This document shows, in pieces, positions 52,536 to 60,517 of a DNA stretch of 64,000 nt. The number at the start of each line of letters is the position of its first letter. Positions within the stretch are counted from its first letter, which is position 1. The stretch is from Candidatus Dormiibacterota bacterium (lineage in GTDB: Bacteria > Chloroflexota > Dormibacteria > Dormibacterales > Dormibacteraceae). The DNA is taken from contig DASUVY010000046.1 in the NCBI GenBank assembly GCA_036378695.1, forward strand, positions 489 to 64,488. The letters run 5' to 3'. The notes under the pieces are model-generated. The model was not told the DNA's origin, ran no database searches, and worked only from the letters and a program-made list of their open reading frames with translations. The translations under genes and the position numbers were made by a program.

Positions 52536-53980
52536 CAGCCCGAGTTGATGGCGCTGGCCACGTGCCGGCGTTGGACCTTGCCGGTGGGAGTGCGCGGGAT
52601 CTCCTCCACCACGTGGAAGCGGCGCGGCACCTTGAACTCGGCCAGCCGCTCCCGGCACCAGGCGGCGAGCTCCTTTTCGGACACCGGCTCGGCCAGCACC
52701 ACGGCCACCGCCACCTCCTCGCCCCAGGCCGGGTGCGGCGTCCCGAAGGCCACCGCCTCTTTCACCTTGGGGTGCGCCTCCAGGACCTCGTCGATCTCCC
52801 GGGGCGCGATCTTCTCGCCACCGCGGTTGATCAGCTCCTTGATGCGCCCGACCAGCTCCAGGTAGCCGTCGGCGTCCAGGCGGCCGCTGTCGCCGGTCCG
52901 GAACCAGCCGTTGACGAAGGAGCTGGCGTTGGCCTCCGGGTTGCCCTCGTAGCCGTCGATCACGTTGGGACCTTTGATTGCCACCTCGCCGTCCTCCAGG
53001 ATCCGGATCTCGACGCCCGTGCCGGGCCCCACCGTGCCGGGCTTGCGAGGCGCGGGCGGGAGCGGGTTGGAGGCCATCTGGTGGGAGGCCTCGGTCATCC
53101 CGTAGGCGTCCAGGACGGGAGCGCCGAGGCGCTGCTCGAGCTCCGCCATGAAGGCCGGCGCCAAGGTGGAAGAGCACGAGCGCACGAAGCGCAGGCGCTC
53201 GCTGCCCGCCGGCCGGCCCTCGCCGGCGCGCCGAAGGATCAGGTGGTGGAACGTGGGCGACGCGCTGTACCAGGTCGGCCGGTGCGCGCGCGCCACCGGC
53301 CAGAAGCCGAGCGGCGTGAACTTGGCGGGCGCCACCACGGTGCCGCCGCTGGCTAAGGTCGAGAGCGTGGACGCCATCAGGCCGTGCACGTGGAACAGCG
53401 GCATCACGCACATGGAGACATCCTCCGGGCTCAGCTGATAGGTGCGGACGATGTTGGCCACCGAGGCCAGCAGGTTCCGGTGCCGCAGCGGCACCCGCTT
53501 GGGACGGCTGGTGGTCCCAGAGGTATGGAGCACTAGTGCCACATCGTCGGGACCCGACTCTTCCACGAAGGCGCGGTCGCCCTCCATTTGCAAGCGCCCT
53601 GAGACGTCTATGGCGGCATCGACGACCTTGCCTCTGGAGCCCATCGCCGCCCGGGCAGCTGGCACGCCTCCCGGCGGAACTAGCAGAAGACGGGCGTCGG
53701 TGTCCTCGAGGTAGAACCGAAATTCATCCTCCGTATAAGAAGGGTTAAGCGGGCAGGCGGTGCCGGCCAGAGCTGCACCGAGAAACAGCACGATCGCCTC
53801 GGGCCCGTTGGGGAAGGCGAGAGCGACCCGGTCCGCGCGCCGGACTCCCAGGCCAGCCAGCCGATGTGCAGCCTCCACGACCACCGATCGCAGCTGTGCG
53901 TATGTGTAGGTGGGGCCCTCGGGGATGACCAGCGCCGGGTCTCCGTCGTGGCCGTTGCGGAGGACGTCGAGAGAGATCAC
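52535..53980 (-). CDS. AMP-dependent acyl-CoA synthetase/ligase
   Basis: AMP-binding motif LVLHTSGTTSRPKRV, TGD and the C-terminal PRTPTGKVQR, 481 aa. Confidence 0.88.
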   Translation of the reverse strand: MISLDVLRNGHDGDPALVIPEGPTYTYAQLRSVVVEAAHRLAGLGVRRADRVALAFPNGPEAIVLFLGAALAGTACPLNPSYTEDEFRFYLEDTDARLLLVPPGGVPAARAAMGSRGKVVDAAIDVSGRLQMEGDRAFVEESGPDDVALVLHTSGTTSRPKRVPLRHRNLLASVANIVRTYQLSPEDVSMCVMPLFHVHGLMASTLSTLASGGTVVAPAKFTPLGFWPVARAHRPTWYSASPTFHHLILRRAGEGRPAGSERLRFVRSCSSTLAPAFMAELEQRLGAPVLDAYGMTEASHQMASNPLPPAPRKPGTVGPGTGVEIRILEDGEVAIKGPNVIDGYEGNPEANASSFVNGWFRTGDSGRLDADGYLELVGRIKELINRGGEKIAPREIDEVLEAHPKVKEAVAFGTPHPAWGEEVAVAVVLAEPVSEKELAAWCRERLAEFKVPRRFHVVEEIPRTPTGKVQRRHVASAINSG

Positions 53981-54357
53981 TCATTAACAGTCTCCGACTT
54001 GCGCGGCCAGAGCCGGTAGGCGGCGAAGAGCAGGATCAGGCCGAAGGCCCGGGTCAAGATCTCACGGGGCAGGTGGATGGCGACCACCGCCCCCACCACC
54101 GCGCCCAACGTGCTGCCGGCCCCCATGTAGAGCGCCGGCCGGCGCAGCACACTGCCCCGCCGATCGTGAGTGACGGCACCCACGGCCGCGGTCGGGATGA
54201 CGGCGGCCAGCGAGGTGCCCTGGGCGACGTGCTGGGTGAGCCCGAAACCCAGCGTCATCAGTGGCACCAGCAGGATCCCGCCCCCGATGCCGAGGATCCC
54301 GCTGGCCAGGCCGACGAAGAGCCCCGCCCCCACCGTGAGCAGGTCGCGCAGGATCAA
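53977..54357 (-). CDS. TauE/SafE (TSUP) family half-size membrane protein, C-terminal-repeat equivalent
   Basis: 126 aa with about 4 TM segments and GILGIGGGILLVPLM. TTGA overlap with the preceding half. Confidence 0.75.
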   Translation of the reverse strand: MILRDLLTVGAGLFVGLASGILGIGGGILLVPLMTLGFGLTQHVAQGTSLAAVIPTAAVGAVTHDRRGSVLRRPALYMGAGSTLGAVVGAVVAIHLPREILTRAFGLILLFAAYRLWPRKSETVNE

Positions 54358-54716
54358 GGCAGGACCAGCTCCTTCAAGCCGACCAGCAGCAGCGTCACCG
54401 CGAAAGCGATCCGCAGCGGCCGGTTCGGGATCCGGTGCGCGACCCGCGCGCCCAGGTAGGCGCCGATCGCCGAGCCCACCACCAGGAGGACCGCGAATCG
54501 CAGGTCGACCTGGGGCCTCGTCGAGCCGTAGTAGTAGATCAGGGCGCCCACCACGGCGCCGGGGATGATGGCGGCCAGCGAGGTGGCGTTGGCGTGGAGC
54601 TGGTCGACGCGCGCGAACATCACCTGCAGCGGCACCAGGGCGAAACCGCCCCCCACGCCGAGCAGCCCTCCCAGCAGACCGGCCACCAGGCCGATCGCTA
54701 GGAAGGTCCCTGCTAT
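54354..54716 (-). CDS. TauE/SafE (TSUP) family half-size membrane protein, N-terminal-repeat equivalent (start ATA 54716 or GTG 54686)
   Basis: FLAIGLVAGLLGGLLGVGGGFALVPL and about 4 TM segments. It is the C-terminal part of the listed 54354..56195 shadow-extended ORF. Confidence 0.65.
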   Translation of the reverse strand: MAGTFLAIGLVAGLLGGLLGVGGGFALVPLQVMFARVDQLHANATSLAAIIPGAVVGALIYYYGSTRPQVDLRFAVLLVVGSAIGAYLGARVAHRIPNRPLRIAFAVTLLLVGLKELVLP

Positions 54717-54883
54717 TCCCGGCTCTCGGTGACGGGCGGCGGTGTGGGCGCCGGCGTCGGCGTGAAAGAGGACACGGCGTGGTGGCGGAACTGGACGTTC
54801 TCGGCGGCCGCCAGCGTTTTGTCCTTCTTCTGCTTCTTCTTTTTCTTGTCTTCGCGCCCGCGGTTGTCGCGTCCTTTGGCCAT
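54713..54883 (-). CDS. Unlisted small ORF: Lys-rich 56-aa protein
   Basis: The ATG is preceded by AAGGAGGA with 4 nt of spacing. Encodes MAKGRDNRGREDKKKKKQKKDKTLAAAENVQFRHHAVSSFTPTPAPTPPPVTESRE. It falls below the 60-aa cut-off of the ORF track. Confidence 0.5.
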   Translation of the reverse strand: MAKGRDNRGREDKKKKKQKKDKTLAAAENVQFRHHAVSSFTPTPAPTPPPVTESRE

Positions 54884-56104
54884 CTAGTCCTCCTTGGCCT
54901 CCAAGGATAGGACCAGCTCGCGCAGGAACGACTCCACGTCGGTCACCAGCCCGATCGACTGCCAGGAGCCGCGGTCGGCCAGTTTGGTCACCACCGCCGG
55001 GTTGATGTCGACGCAGACCGTGCGCACGCCGGCCGGCAGCAGGTTGCCGGTGGCGATCGAGTGCAGCATGGTCGAGAGCATCAGGGCCAGGCGCACGCCC
55101 GGCACCGCTTCCCGCATGCGCTTCTGCGCCTCCACCATGTCGGTGACCACGTCGGGCAGCGGCCCGTCGTCGCGCACGCTGCCCGCCAGCACGATGTCGA
55201 CCCCGTGCGTGATGGCGGTGTGCATCACGCCCCGTGTCAGCCGCCCGGAATCGACCATCGCCCTCAGGGAGCCGGCGGCGCGCACCCGGTTGATGGCGCG
55301 CATGTGGTGCTCGTGGCCGTGCTCGATGGGCAGGCCGCTGTCCAGGTTGACGCCCAGGGCGGTTCCGAAGAGAGCAGCTTCGACGTCGTGCACGGCCAGG
55401 GCGTTGCCTGCGAACAGCACCTGCACGTAACCCATCTCGATCAGCTGCGAGAGGTAGCGGCCGGCCCCGGTGTGGACCACGGCCGGGCCGCTGACGACCA
55501 GGATGCGTCCGCCCTCGGCGCGCACCTGGCGCATCTCGGAGGCGATCTTGGAGATGAGCAGCTTCTTCGGCTTCTCGGCCGAGACCTCGCTGGCCATGAA
55601 GGTGAAGATCTCGGTCTGCCGGGAGCGCTCCAGCGGGACCACGCGCACGCCCGCATGGCCGACCACCACCCGCACGCCGGGCCGGGCCTCGTAGAAGGGG
55701 ATGCAGCGCGCGCTCCCCTCCGCCTCGTCGACGGCGATGGCGCAGTCCATCTCCTGCTTCTGCACCGGCAGCCACTTCTCCCCGGCCAGCACGTACGTGG
55801 GCAGGTTGGTGGTCGAGTAGAAGCCTTCGGGGTAGACGCCCTGCTTCTCCACGGGCACCAGCCGAGCCGGCGCCTCCTCGGCAGCCTGCGCACCCAGCTC
55901 CTTGGCCCGGCGCACGATGCGATCCAGGGTGCCGGCGTCGGGCGCCACCACCTCCATCCGGCAGAAGGAGGTGTCGTCCTTGTGCTGGCCGACGCGCAGC
56001 TCCTCGATGTTGAAGTTGCCGCCCAGGTCCATGACCAGGTCCATGACCTGGGGCAGGATCATCGAGTCGATGATGTGGCCCTCCAGAACTAGGAGAGTTC
56101 TCAT
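54884..56104 (-). CDS. LOR/SDH conserved-domain (TIGR00300-like) protein, function uncertain
   Basis: ATG at 56104 inside the listed 54884..57106 ORF. The MRTLLVLEGHIIDS N-terminal domain plus a Rossmann-like C-terminal half match my memory of this family. Confidence 0.7.
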   Translation of the reverse strand: MRTLLVLEGHIIDSMILPQVMDLVMDLGGNFNIEELRVGQHKDDTSFCRMEVVAPDAGTLDRIVRRAKELGAQAAEEAPARLVPVEKQGVYPEGFYSTTNLPTYVLAGEKWLPVQKQEMDCAIAVDEAEGSARCIPFYEARPGVRVVVGHAGVRVVPLERSRQTEIFTFMASEVSAEKPKKLLISKIASEMRQVRAEGGRILVVSGPAVVHTGAGRYLSQLIEMGYVQVLFAGNALAVHDVEAALFGTALGVNLDSGLPIEHGHEHHMRAINRVRAAGSLRAMVDSGRLTRGVMHTAITHGVDIVLAGSVRDDGPLPDVVTDMVEAQKRMREAVPGVRLALMLSTMLHSIATGNLLPAGVRTVCVDINPAVVTKLADRGSWQSIGLVTDVESFLRELVLSLEAKED

Positions 56105-56883
56105 ACAGCGGCGAGGACGGAGTTGATCGCTTCCTTGAGCTCTTGCGCCGCCGCGCTCGGGTCCTCCGCGTAGAGGACCGAGCGGCTGCTGGCAATCAGG
56201 CAGGAGGCCGCGTCGCCGTTCCAGGCCGCCCGCACCGAAGCCTCCAGGTCGCCGCCCTGGGCGCCGATGCCCGGGATCAGGAAGGGCAGGCTGCTGGCCG
56301 CGCGCACCTCGCGGATCTGCTCGGGTGCGGTCGCTCCCACCACCAGCGCCACGTTGCCCTGCTGGTTGTGGCGCTCGGCCAGCTCGGCCACCCGCAGGTA
56401 AAGCGGCTGGCCGCCGGCATCCAGGTGCTGGAGGTCGACGGCCCCGGGATTGGAGGTGCGGCAGACCACGTACACGCCGCGGTCGGCGTAGCGGGTGAAC
56501 TGAGCGATGGAGTCCGAGCCGTGGTAGGCGTGGATGGTGCAGGCGTCCATGTCGAGCGTCTCGAAGACGGCGCGCGCGTACGCGCGCATGGTGTTGTCCA
56601 TGTCGGCGCGCTTGGCGTCGAGCAGCACAGGCGTGTCGCTGCCGATGTAGCCGCGCAGCTCCAGGAGCGCCGTCCAGCCGTCGGGGCCGTACTGCTCCCA
56701 GAAGGCGGAGTTGGGCTTGTAGCAGCAGGCGTGCTCGGCGGTGGCGTCCACAACCGCCATGCAGTGGCGAAGCGCACCTGCGGCGCCGCCCGGGATGCGC
56801 TCGGGGTCCGGGTCCAGGCCCACGCAGAGCTGCGTGTGGCGCGCTTGGGCGGCGCGGCGCAGGCGCGCGAAGTACGTGGTCAC
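56101..56883 (-). CDS. pyrF: Orotidine 5'-phosphate decarboxylase (type 2)
   Basis: LCVGLDPD, LDAKRADMDNT and PGIGAQGG motifs, 260 aa, GTG start. Confidence 0.88.
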   Translation of the reverse strand: MTTYFARLRRAAQARHTQLCVGLDPDPERIPGGAAGALRHCMAVVDATAEHACCYKPNSAFWEQYGPDGWTALLELRGYIGSDTPVLLDAKRADMDNTMRAYARAVFETLDMDACTIHAYHGSDSIAQFTRYADRGVYVVCRTSNPGAVDLQHLDAGGQPLYLRVAELAERHNQQGNVALVVGATAPEQIREVRAASSLPFLIPGIGAQGGDLEASVRAAWNGDAASCLIASSRSVLYAEDPSAAAQELKEAINSVLAAV

Positions 56884-57611
56884 GCGGGCGCCCGCATCTT
56901 CTCGAAGCGCTCGAGCACCTCCTCTGCGCTGGGCGGCTTCCGCAGCTGCTCGGCGGTCTCGGCGGCGGTGTCCCAGCCCCGCACCGCCGAAAGCCGGGGG
57001 ACGGCCCGGTCCAGGTCATACGGCGTCTGGCGCAGCTGGACGTCGGGTCCGAGCAGAGCCCAGCAGGCGGCGGTCGCTCCGTAGGGCATGCCGACGCTAC
57101 CGGCATTGACGAGCCGATGGGAGGTCAAGCGGCGGTCGCCCTGTACGTGGATGTGCCCATAGACGACCACCGCCGGCGCACCCTCGAGCTCCGCCTCGAC
57201 CTCCTGGTCGGGCGTGAGCGGCGTGAGGATGGTGGTGTCCGAGCGCGGCGTCGCGTGGCAGAACAGCACCCGGCCCAGGCCGTCGATCTCGGTCTCGACA
57301 GTGGGCTCGAACGCGGCCATGAAATCACGCTGTTCGCGGGAGACCTTGGCCGCGGCCGCCCTGGTCATCTGGTAGCGCTCGTCGCGGGCGCCGTCGAAGA
57401 CCTCGATCATCTCGCGCTCGCAGTTGCCGGACACGAAGCGCGCGTTGGGCAGCGCCCGTACTCGCTCCAGCACCTCCACCGGGTACCAGCCGGCAGCCAG
57501 GTCGCCGCCGAAGATGATCAGGTCGGGCTGCTCGCGCTCCACCTCGGCCAGCACTGCCTCCAACGCCGGCAGGTTGCCGTGCACGTCGTACAGCGCGGCG
57601 ACCTTCCTCAT
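56880..57611 (-). CDS. Metallophosphoesterase (YfcE/MJ0936-like)
   Basis: ATG at 57611 inside the listed 566-aa ORF. DVHGN, GGDL, GNCE and GHIH motifs. Confidence 0.85.
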   Translation of the reverse strand: MRKVAALYDVHGNLPALEAVLAEVEREQPDLIIFGGDLAAGWYPVEVLERVRALPNARFVSGNCEREMIEVFDGARDERYQMTRAAAAKVSREQRDFMAAFEPTVETEIDGLGRVLFCHATPRSDTTILTPLTPDQEVEAELEGAPAVVVYGHIHVQGDRRLTSHRLVNAGSVGMPYGATAACWALLGPDVQLRQTPYDLDRAVPRLSAVRGWDTAAETAEQLRKPPSAEEVLERFEKMRAPA

Positions 57612-58522
57612 GCCCGCAGCGCCTTGCGCCGCTTGCCGCGCTCGACCATCCGGCAGTAGGCGCAGACCTCGGCCGTAGTGGGCTGGCCGCAGTTGGCGCA
57701 CTCCCGCAGGGTCACGGGCTCGGCGCCCTTCACGGCCTGGCGGCCCTGCTTCAGGAACCCGACCAGGAAGCGGTGCTTGGCGCCCGGCTGAGTCTCCTCG
57801 AGGCGGTTGAGCAGGTCCTTGTACTCGAGTGACTTGGCGCCCTTCGCCATCGGGCACTCCTCGAGGATGTAGTCGATGCGCTCGATCACCGCGTAGGCCG
57901 CGGTGTCGCGCTCGGCCAGCCGGTACAGCGGCTTGACCTTGCGCACCAGCTTGGGATGCGTGGACTCCAGCACCGGACCCTGGCGGCCCAGGTAGTCGGT
58001 CTGCCAGTGCACGACGTTCCCGAACAGCGTCGCCGCCTCGTCGTCGAGGTTGTGGCCGGTGGCGACCACGGAGTAGCCGAGGTCGGCCGCGAGCTTGTTG
58101 AAGTGGTAGCGCTTGACGGTGCCGCAGGAGGCGCAGGGCTTGCCGTCGCGCTCGTGGGCCAGGTCGGGCACCTTGAATCCCTCGTCGCCTTCGAGGTCTA
58201 CCTGGTGCAGCGTCAGGCCGTGCTTTTCCGCGAAGGCCTCGCTCTTGGCCTGCGACCGGCGCGAGTACTCGGCGATGCCGAGCCGGATGTACATGCCGTC
58301 GACCTGGTAGCCCAGCTGGTGCAAGGCGTGCCAGAGGGCGAGCGAGTCCTTGCCGCCGGAGACGGCGACCAGCACCTTCTGGTCGCGGGTGAACATTTTG
58401 TCGTGGCTGACCGCGCGCTCGATCTGGTCGCGGAACCAGCCGGGGTAGCAGCCCGCGCAGAAGGCCGAGCGGTGCCGCCGGACTTCCACGTTGGCCGGCT
58501 TGCGGCACTTTATGCAGCGCAT
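57608..58522 (-). CDS. PP-loop ATPase of the TtuA/Ncs6/TtcA family (tRNA thiolation-type sulfurtransferase)
   Basis: SGGKDS PP-loop, N-terminal CxxC...CxxC and C-terminal CxxC...CxxC zinc fingers, and a central CxxC. Confidence 0.85.
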   Translation of the reverse strand: MRCIKCRKPANVEVRRHRSAFCAGCYPGWFRDQIERAVSHDKMFTRDQKVLVAVSGGKDSLALWHALHQLGYQVDGMYIRLGIAEYSRRSQAKSEAFAEKHGLTLHQVDLEGDEGFKVPDLAHERDGKPCASCGTVKRYHFNKLAADLGYSVVATGHNLDDEAATLFGNVVHWQTDYLGRQGPVLESTHPKLVRKVKPLYRLAERDTAAYAVIERIDYILEECPMAKGAKSLEYKDLLNRLEETQPGAKHRFLVGFLKQGRQAVKGAEPVTLRECANCGQPTTAEVCAYCRMVERGKRRKALRA

Positions 58523-58722
58523 GAGCCGCCTGAGATGACGGGAATGACGTCCACCGCATCCTCCGCTCGGAGCCGCACATCCCGGGTCAGGATCTCCTCG
58601 TCGCGCACCACCAGGTAGGCGTCCGAGTGCAGCCCCAGCCGCTTGAGCACCTCGGCCACGGTGGACGGCTCCATCTCCTCGACCCTGCGATCGGGCAGGA
58701 TGGTCACGCGCATCCGGATCAT
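58510..58722 (-). CDS. ThiS/MoaD-type ubiquitin-like sulfur carrier with a 4-residue extension after the Gly-Gly
   Basis: 70 aa ending VIPVISGG-SCAA. Lies immediately upstream of, and overlapping, the TtuA-like gene. Confidence 0.75.
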   Translation of the reverse strand: MIRMRVTILPDRRVEEMEPSTVAEVLKRLGLHSDAYLVVRDEEILTRDVRLRAEDAVDVIPVISGGSCAA

Positions 58723-58753
58723 GCTAGCCGCGGTTCAAGGGCACAATGAGGCC

Positions 58754-60517
58754 GTGGAGACCCACCTCGCGCGTCCGCTGAGGGTGGCGCTGGCCCAGCT
58801 CAACAGCACGGTCGGCGATCTCGGCGGCAACACCGAGAAGATCGTCGACTGGATGGCGCGGGCGCGCCGCAAGAAGGCCGACCTGGTGGTCTTTCCGGAG
58901 CTGGCCCTCACCGGGTACCCGCCCGAGGATCTTCTCCTCAAGCCCAGCTTCATCCGCGACAACCTGCGCCAGCTGGAGCGGGTGGTGGCGGCCTCCAAGG
59001 GCATCGCCGCCGTGGTCGGCTTCGTCGACCTCGACCTCGACATCTACAACGCGGCCGCCTTCATGTACGACGGCGAGCTGAAGGGCGTCTACCACAAGGT
59101 CTACCTCCCCAACTACGGCGTCTTCGACGAGGAGCGCTACTTCCAGCGCGGCCGCGACTGCCCGATCTTCGAGTACGGCGGCGTGCGCATCGGCGTCAGC
59201 ATTTGCGAGGACGCCTGGTATCCCGCCGGCCCGGTGTCGCTGCAGGCCAACGCCGGCGCCGAGCTGCTGGTCAACATCAACGGCTCGCCCTACCACAAGG
59301 CCAAGCGCGTCACCCGCGAGACCATGATCGCCACGCGGGCCATGGACTCACGCGCCTTCATGGCCTGGGTGAACCTGGTCGGAGGCCAGGACGAGCTGGT
59401 CTTCGACGGCAACAGCGTGGTCTTCGGCCCCGAGGGTCAGCTGATCGCGCGCGCGCCCTCCTTCGAGGAGGAGTTGCTGGTCGCGGACCTCGACATCGGC
59501 TCGGTGTTCGGCGAGCGGCTGCACGACACCCGCCTCCGCCGCGAGGCGCAGGGCCCCATCCATGTCGAGCTCGAGCTTTCCGACATCACAGTCACCGAAA
59601 ATCCGCGCCCGCAGCCCGCCGGCAAACGGCTGGCGCCGGTGACGCCGCCACTGGAGGGCGTGGCCGAGGTGTACCAGGCCCTGGTCGTGGGCACCGGCGA
59701 CTATCTGCGCAAGGCGAGCCCCTTCCAGAAGGCCGTGATCGGGCTCTCGGGTGGCATCGACTCGGCGCTCACCGCGGTGGTGGCGGCCGACGCCATCGGA
59801 CCCAAGAACGTGACCGGGGTGCTGATGCCCTCCCGCTACAGCTCGCCGGAGTCGCTTGCCGATGCTGAGGCGCTGGCGGAGGCGCTGGGCATCCGGACGC
59901 TGGAGCTGCCCATCTCGCTGGCACACGAGGCCTTCGAGAAGACGCTGGCCGAAGCCTTCAAGGGCACCAAGCCCGGCGTGGCCGAGGAGAACGTGCAGGC
60001 CCGCGTGCGCGGCGTCCTCCTGATGGCCCTCTCCAACAAGTTCGGCTGGCTGCTGCTGACGACCGGCAACAAGTCGGAGATCGCGACCGGCTACTGCACG
60101 CTCTACGGCGACATGGCGGGCGGCTTCGCAGTCCTCAAGGACATCCCCAAGACGCTGGTCTACGAGCTGGCGCGCTATCGCAACTCGGTGGACGGCGAGA
60201 TCATCCCCGAGCGCATCCTCACGAAGCCGCCGAGCGCCGAGCTGCGGCCGGACCAGAAGGACTCTGACAGCCTGCCGGCTTACGAGGTCCTCGACCCCAT
60301 CCTGGAGGCGTACGTCGAGGACGACCGAAGCTTCGAGGAGCTGGTCGCTGCAGGGCATCCCGCCGCGGTGGTCAAGCGCGTCATCCAGCTGGTCGACGCC
60401 AGCGAGTACAAGCGCCGCCAGGGAGCGCCGGGCGTCAAGATCACGCCGCGCGCATTCGGGCGCGACCGCCGGATGCCGATCACCAACCGCTACCGGCCGA
60501 ACGGACTGACCAGCTAA
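58754..60517 (+). CDS. nadE: Glutamine-dependent NAD+ synthetase
   Basis: CN-hydrolase domain (LRVALAQLN...FPELALTGY...CED) plus an NAD synthetase domain (GLSGGIDS). The GTG at 58754 is preferred, with ATG 58721 as the alternative. Confidence 0.9.
   Translation: METHLARPLRVALAQLNSTVGDLGGNTEKIVDWMARARRKKADLVVFPELALTGYPPEDLLLKPSFIRDNLRQLERVVAASKGIAAVVGFVDLDLDIYNAAAFMYDGELKGVYHKVYLPNYGVFDEERYFQRGRDCPIFEYGGVRIGVSICEDAWYPAGPVSLQANAGAELLVNINGSPYHKAKRVTRETMIATRAMDSRAFMAWVNLVGGQDELVFDGNSVVFGPEGQLIARAPSFEEELLVADLDIGSVFGERLHDTRLRREAQGPIHVELELSDITVTENPRPQPAGKRLAPVTPPLEGVAEVYQALVVGTGDYLRKASPFQKAVIGLSGGIDSALTAVVAADAIGPKNVTGVLMPSRYSSPESLADAEALAEALGIRTLELPISLAHEAFEKTLAEAFKGTKPGVAEENVQARVRGVLLMALSNKFGWLLLTTGNKSEIATGYCTLYGDMAGGFAVLKDIPKTLVYELARYRNSVDGEIIPERILTKPPSAELRPDQKDSDSLPAYEVLDPILEAYVEDDRSFEELVAAGHPAAVVKRVIQLVDASEYKRRQGAPGVKITPRAFGRDRRMPITNRYRPNGLTS

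Noticed and set aside
58720-58723. Divergent thiS-like and nadE genes sharing overlapping start codons (CATG)
   Set aside because: It would leave no promoter space for either gene. The nadE N-terminus aligns better from the GTG at 58754 (10 residues before LRVALAQLN), so the ATG at 58721 is probably not used.
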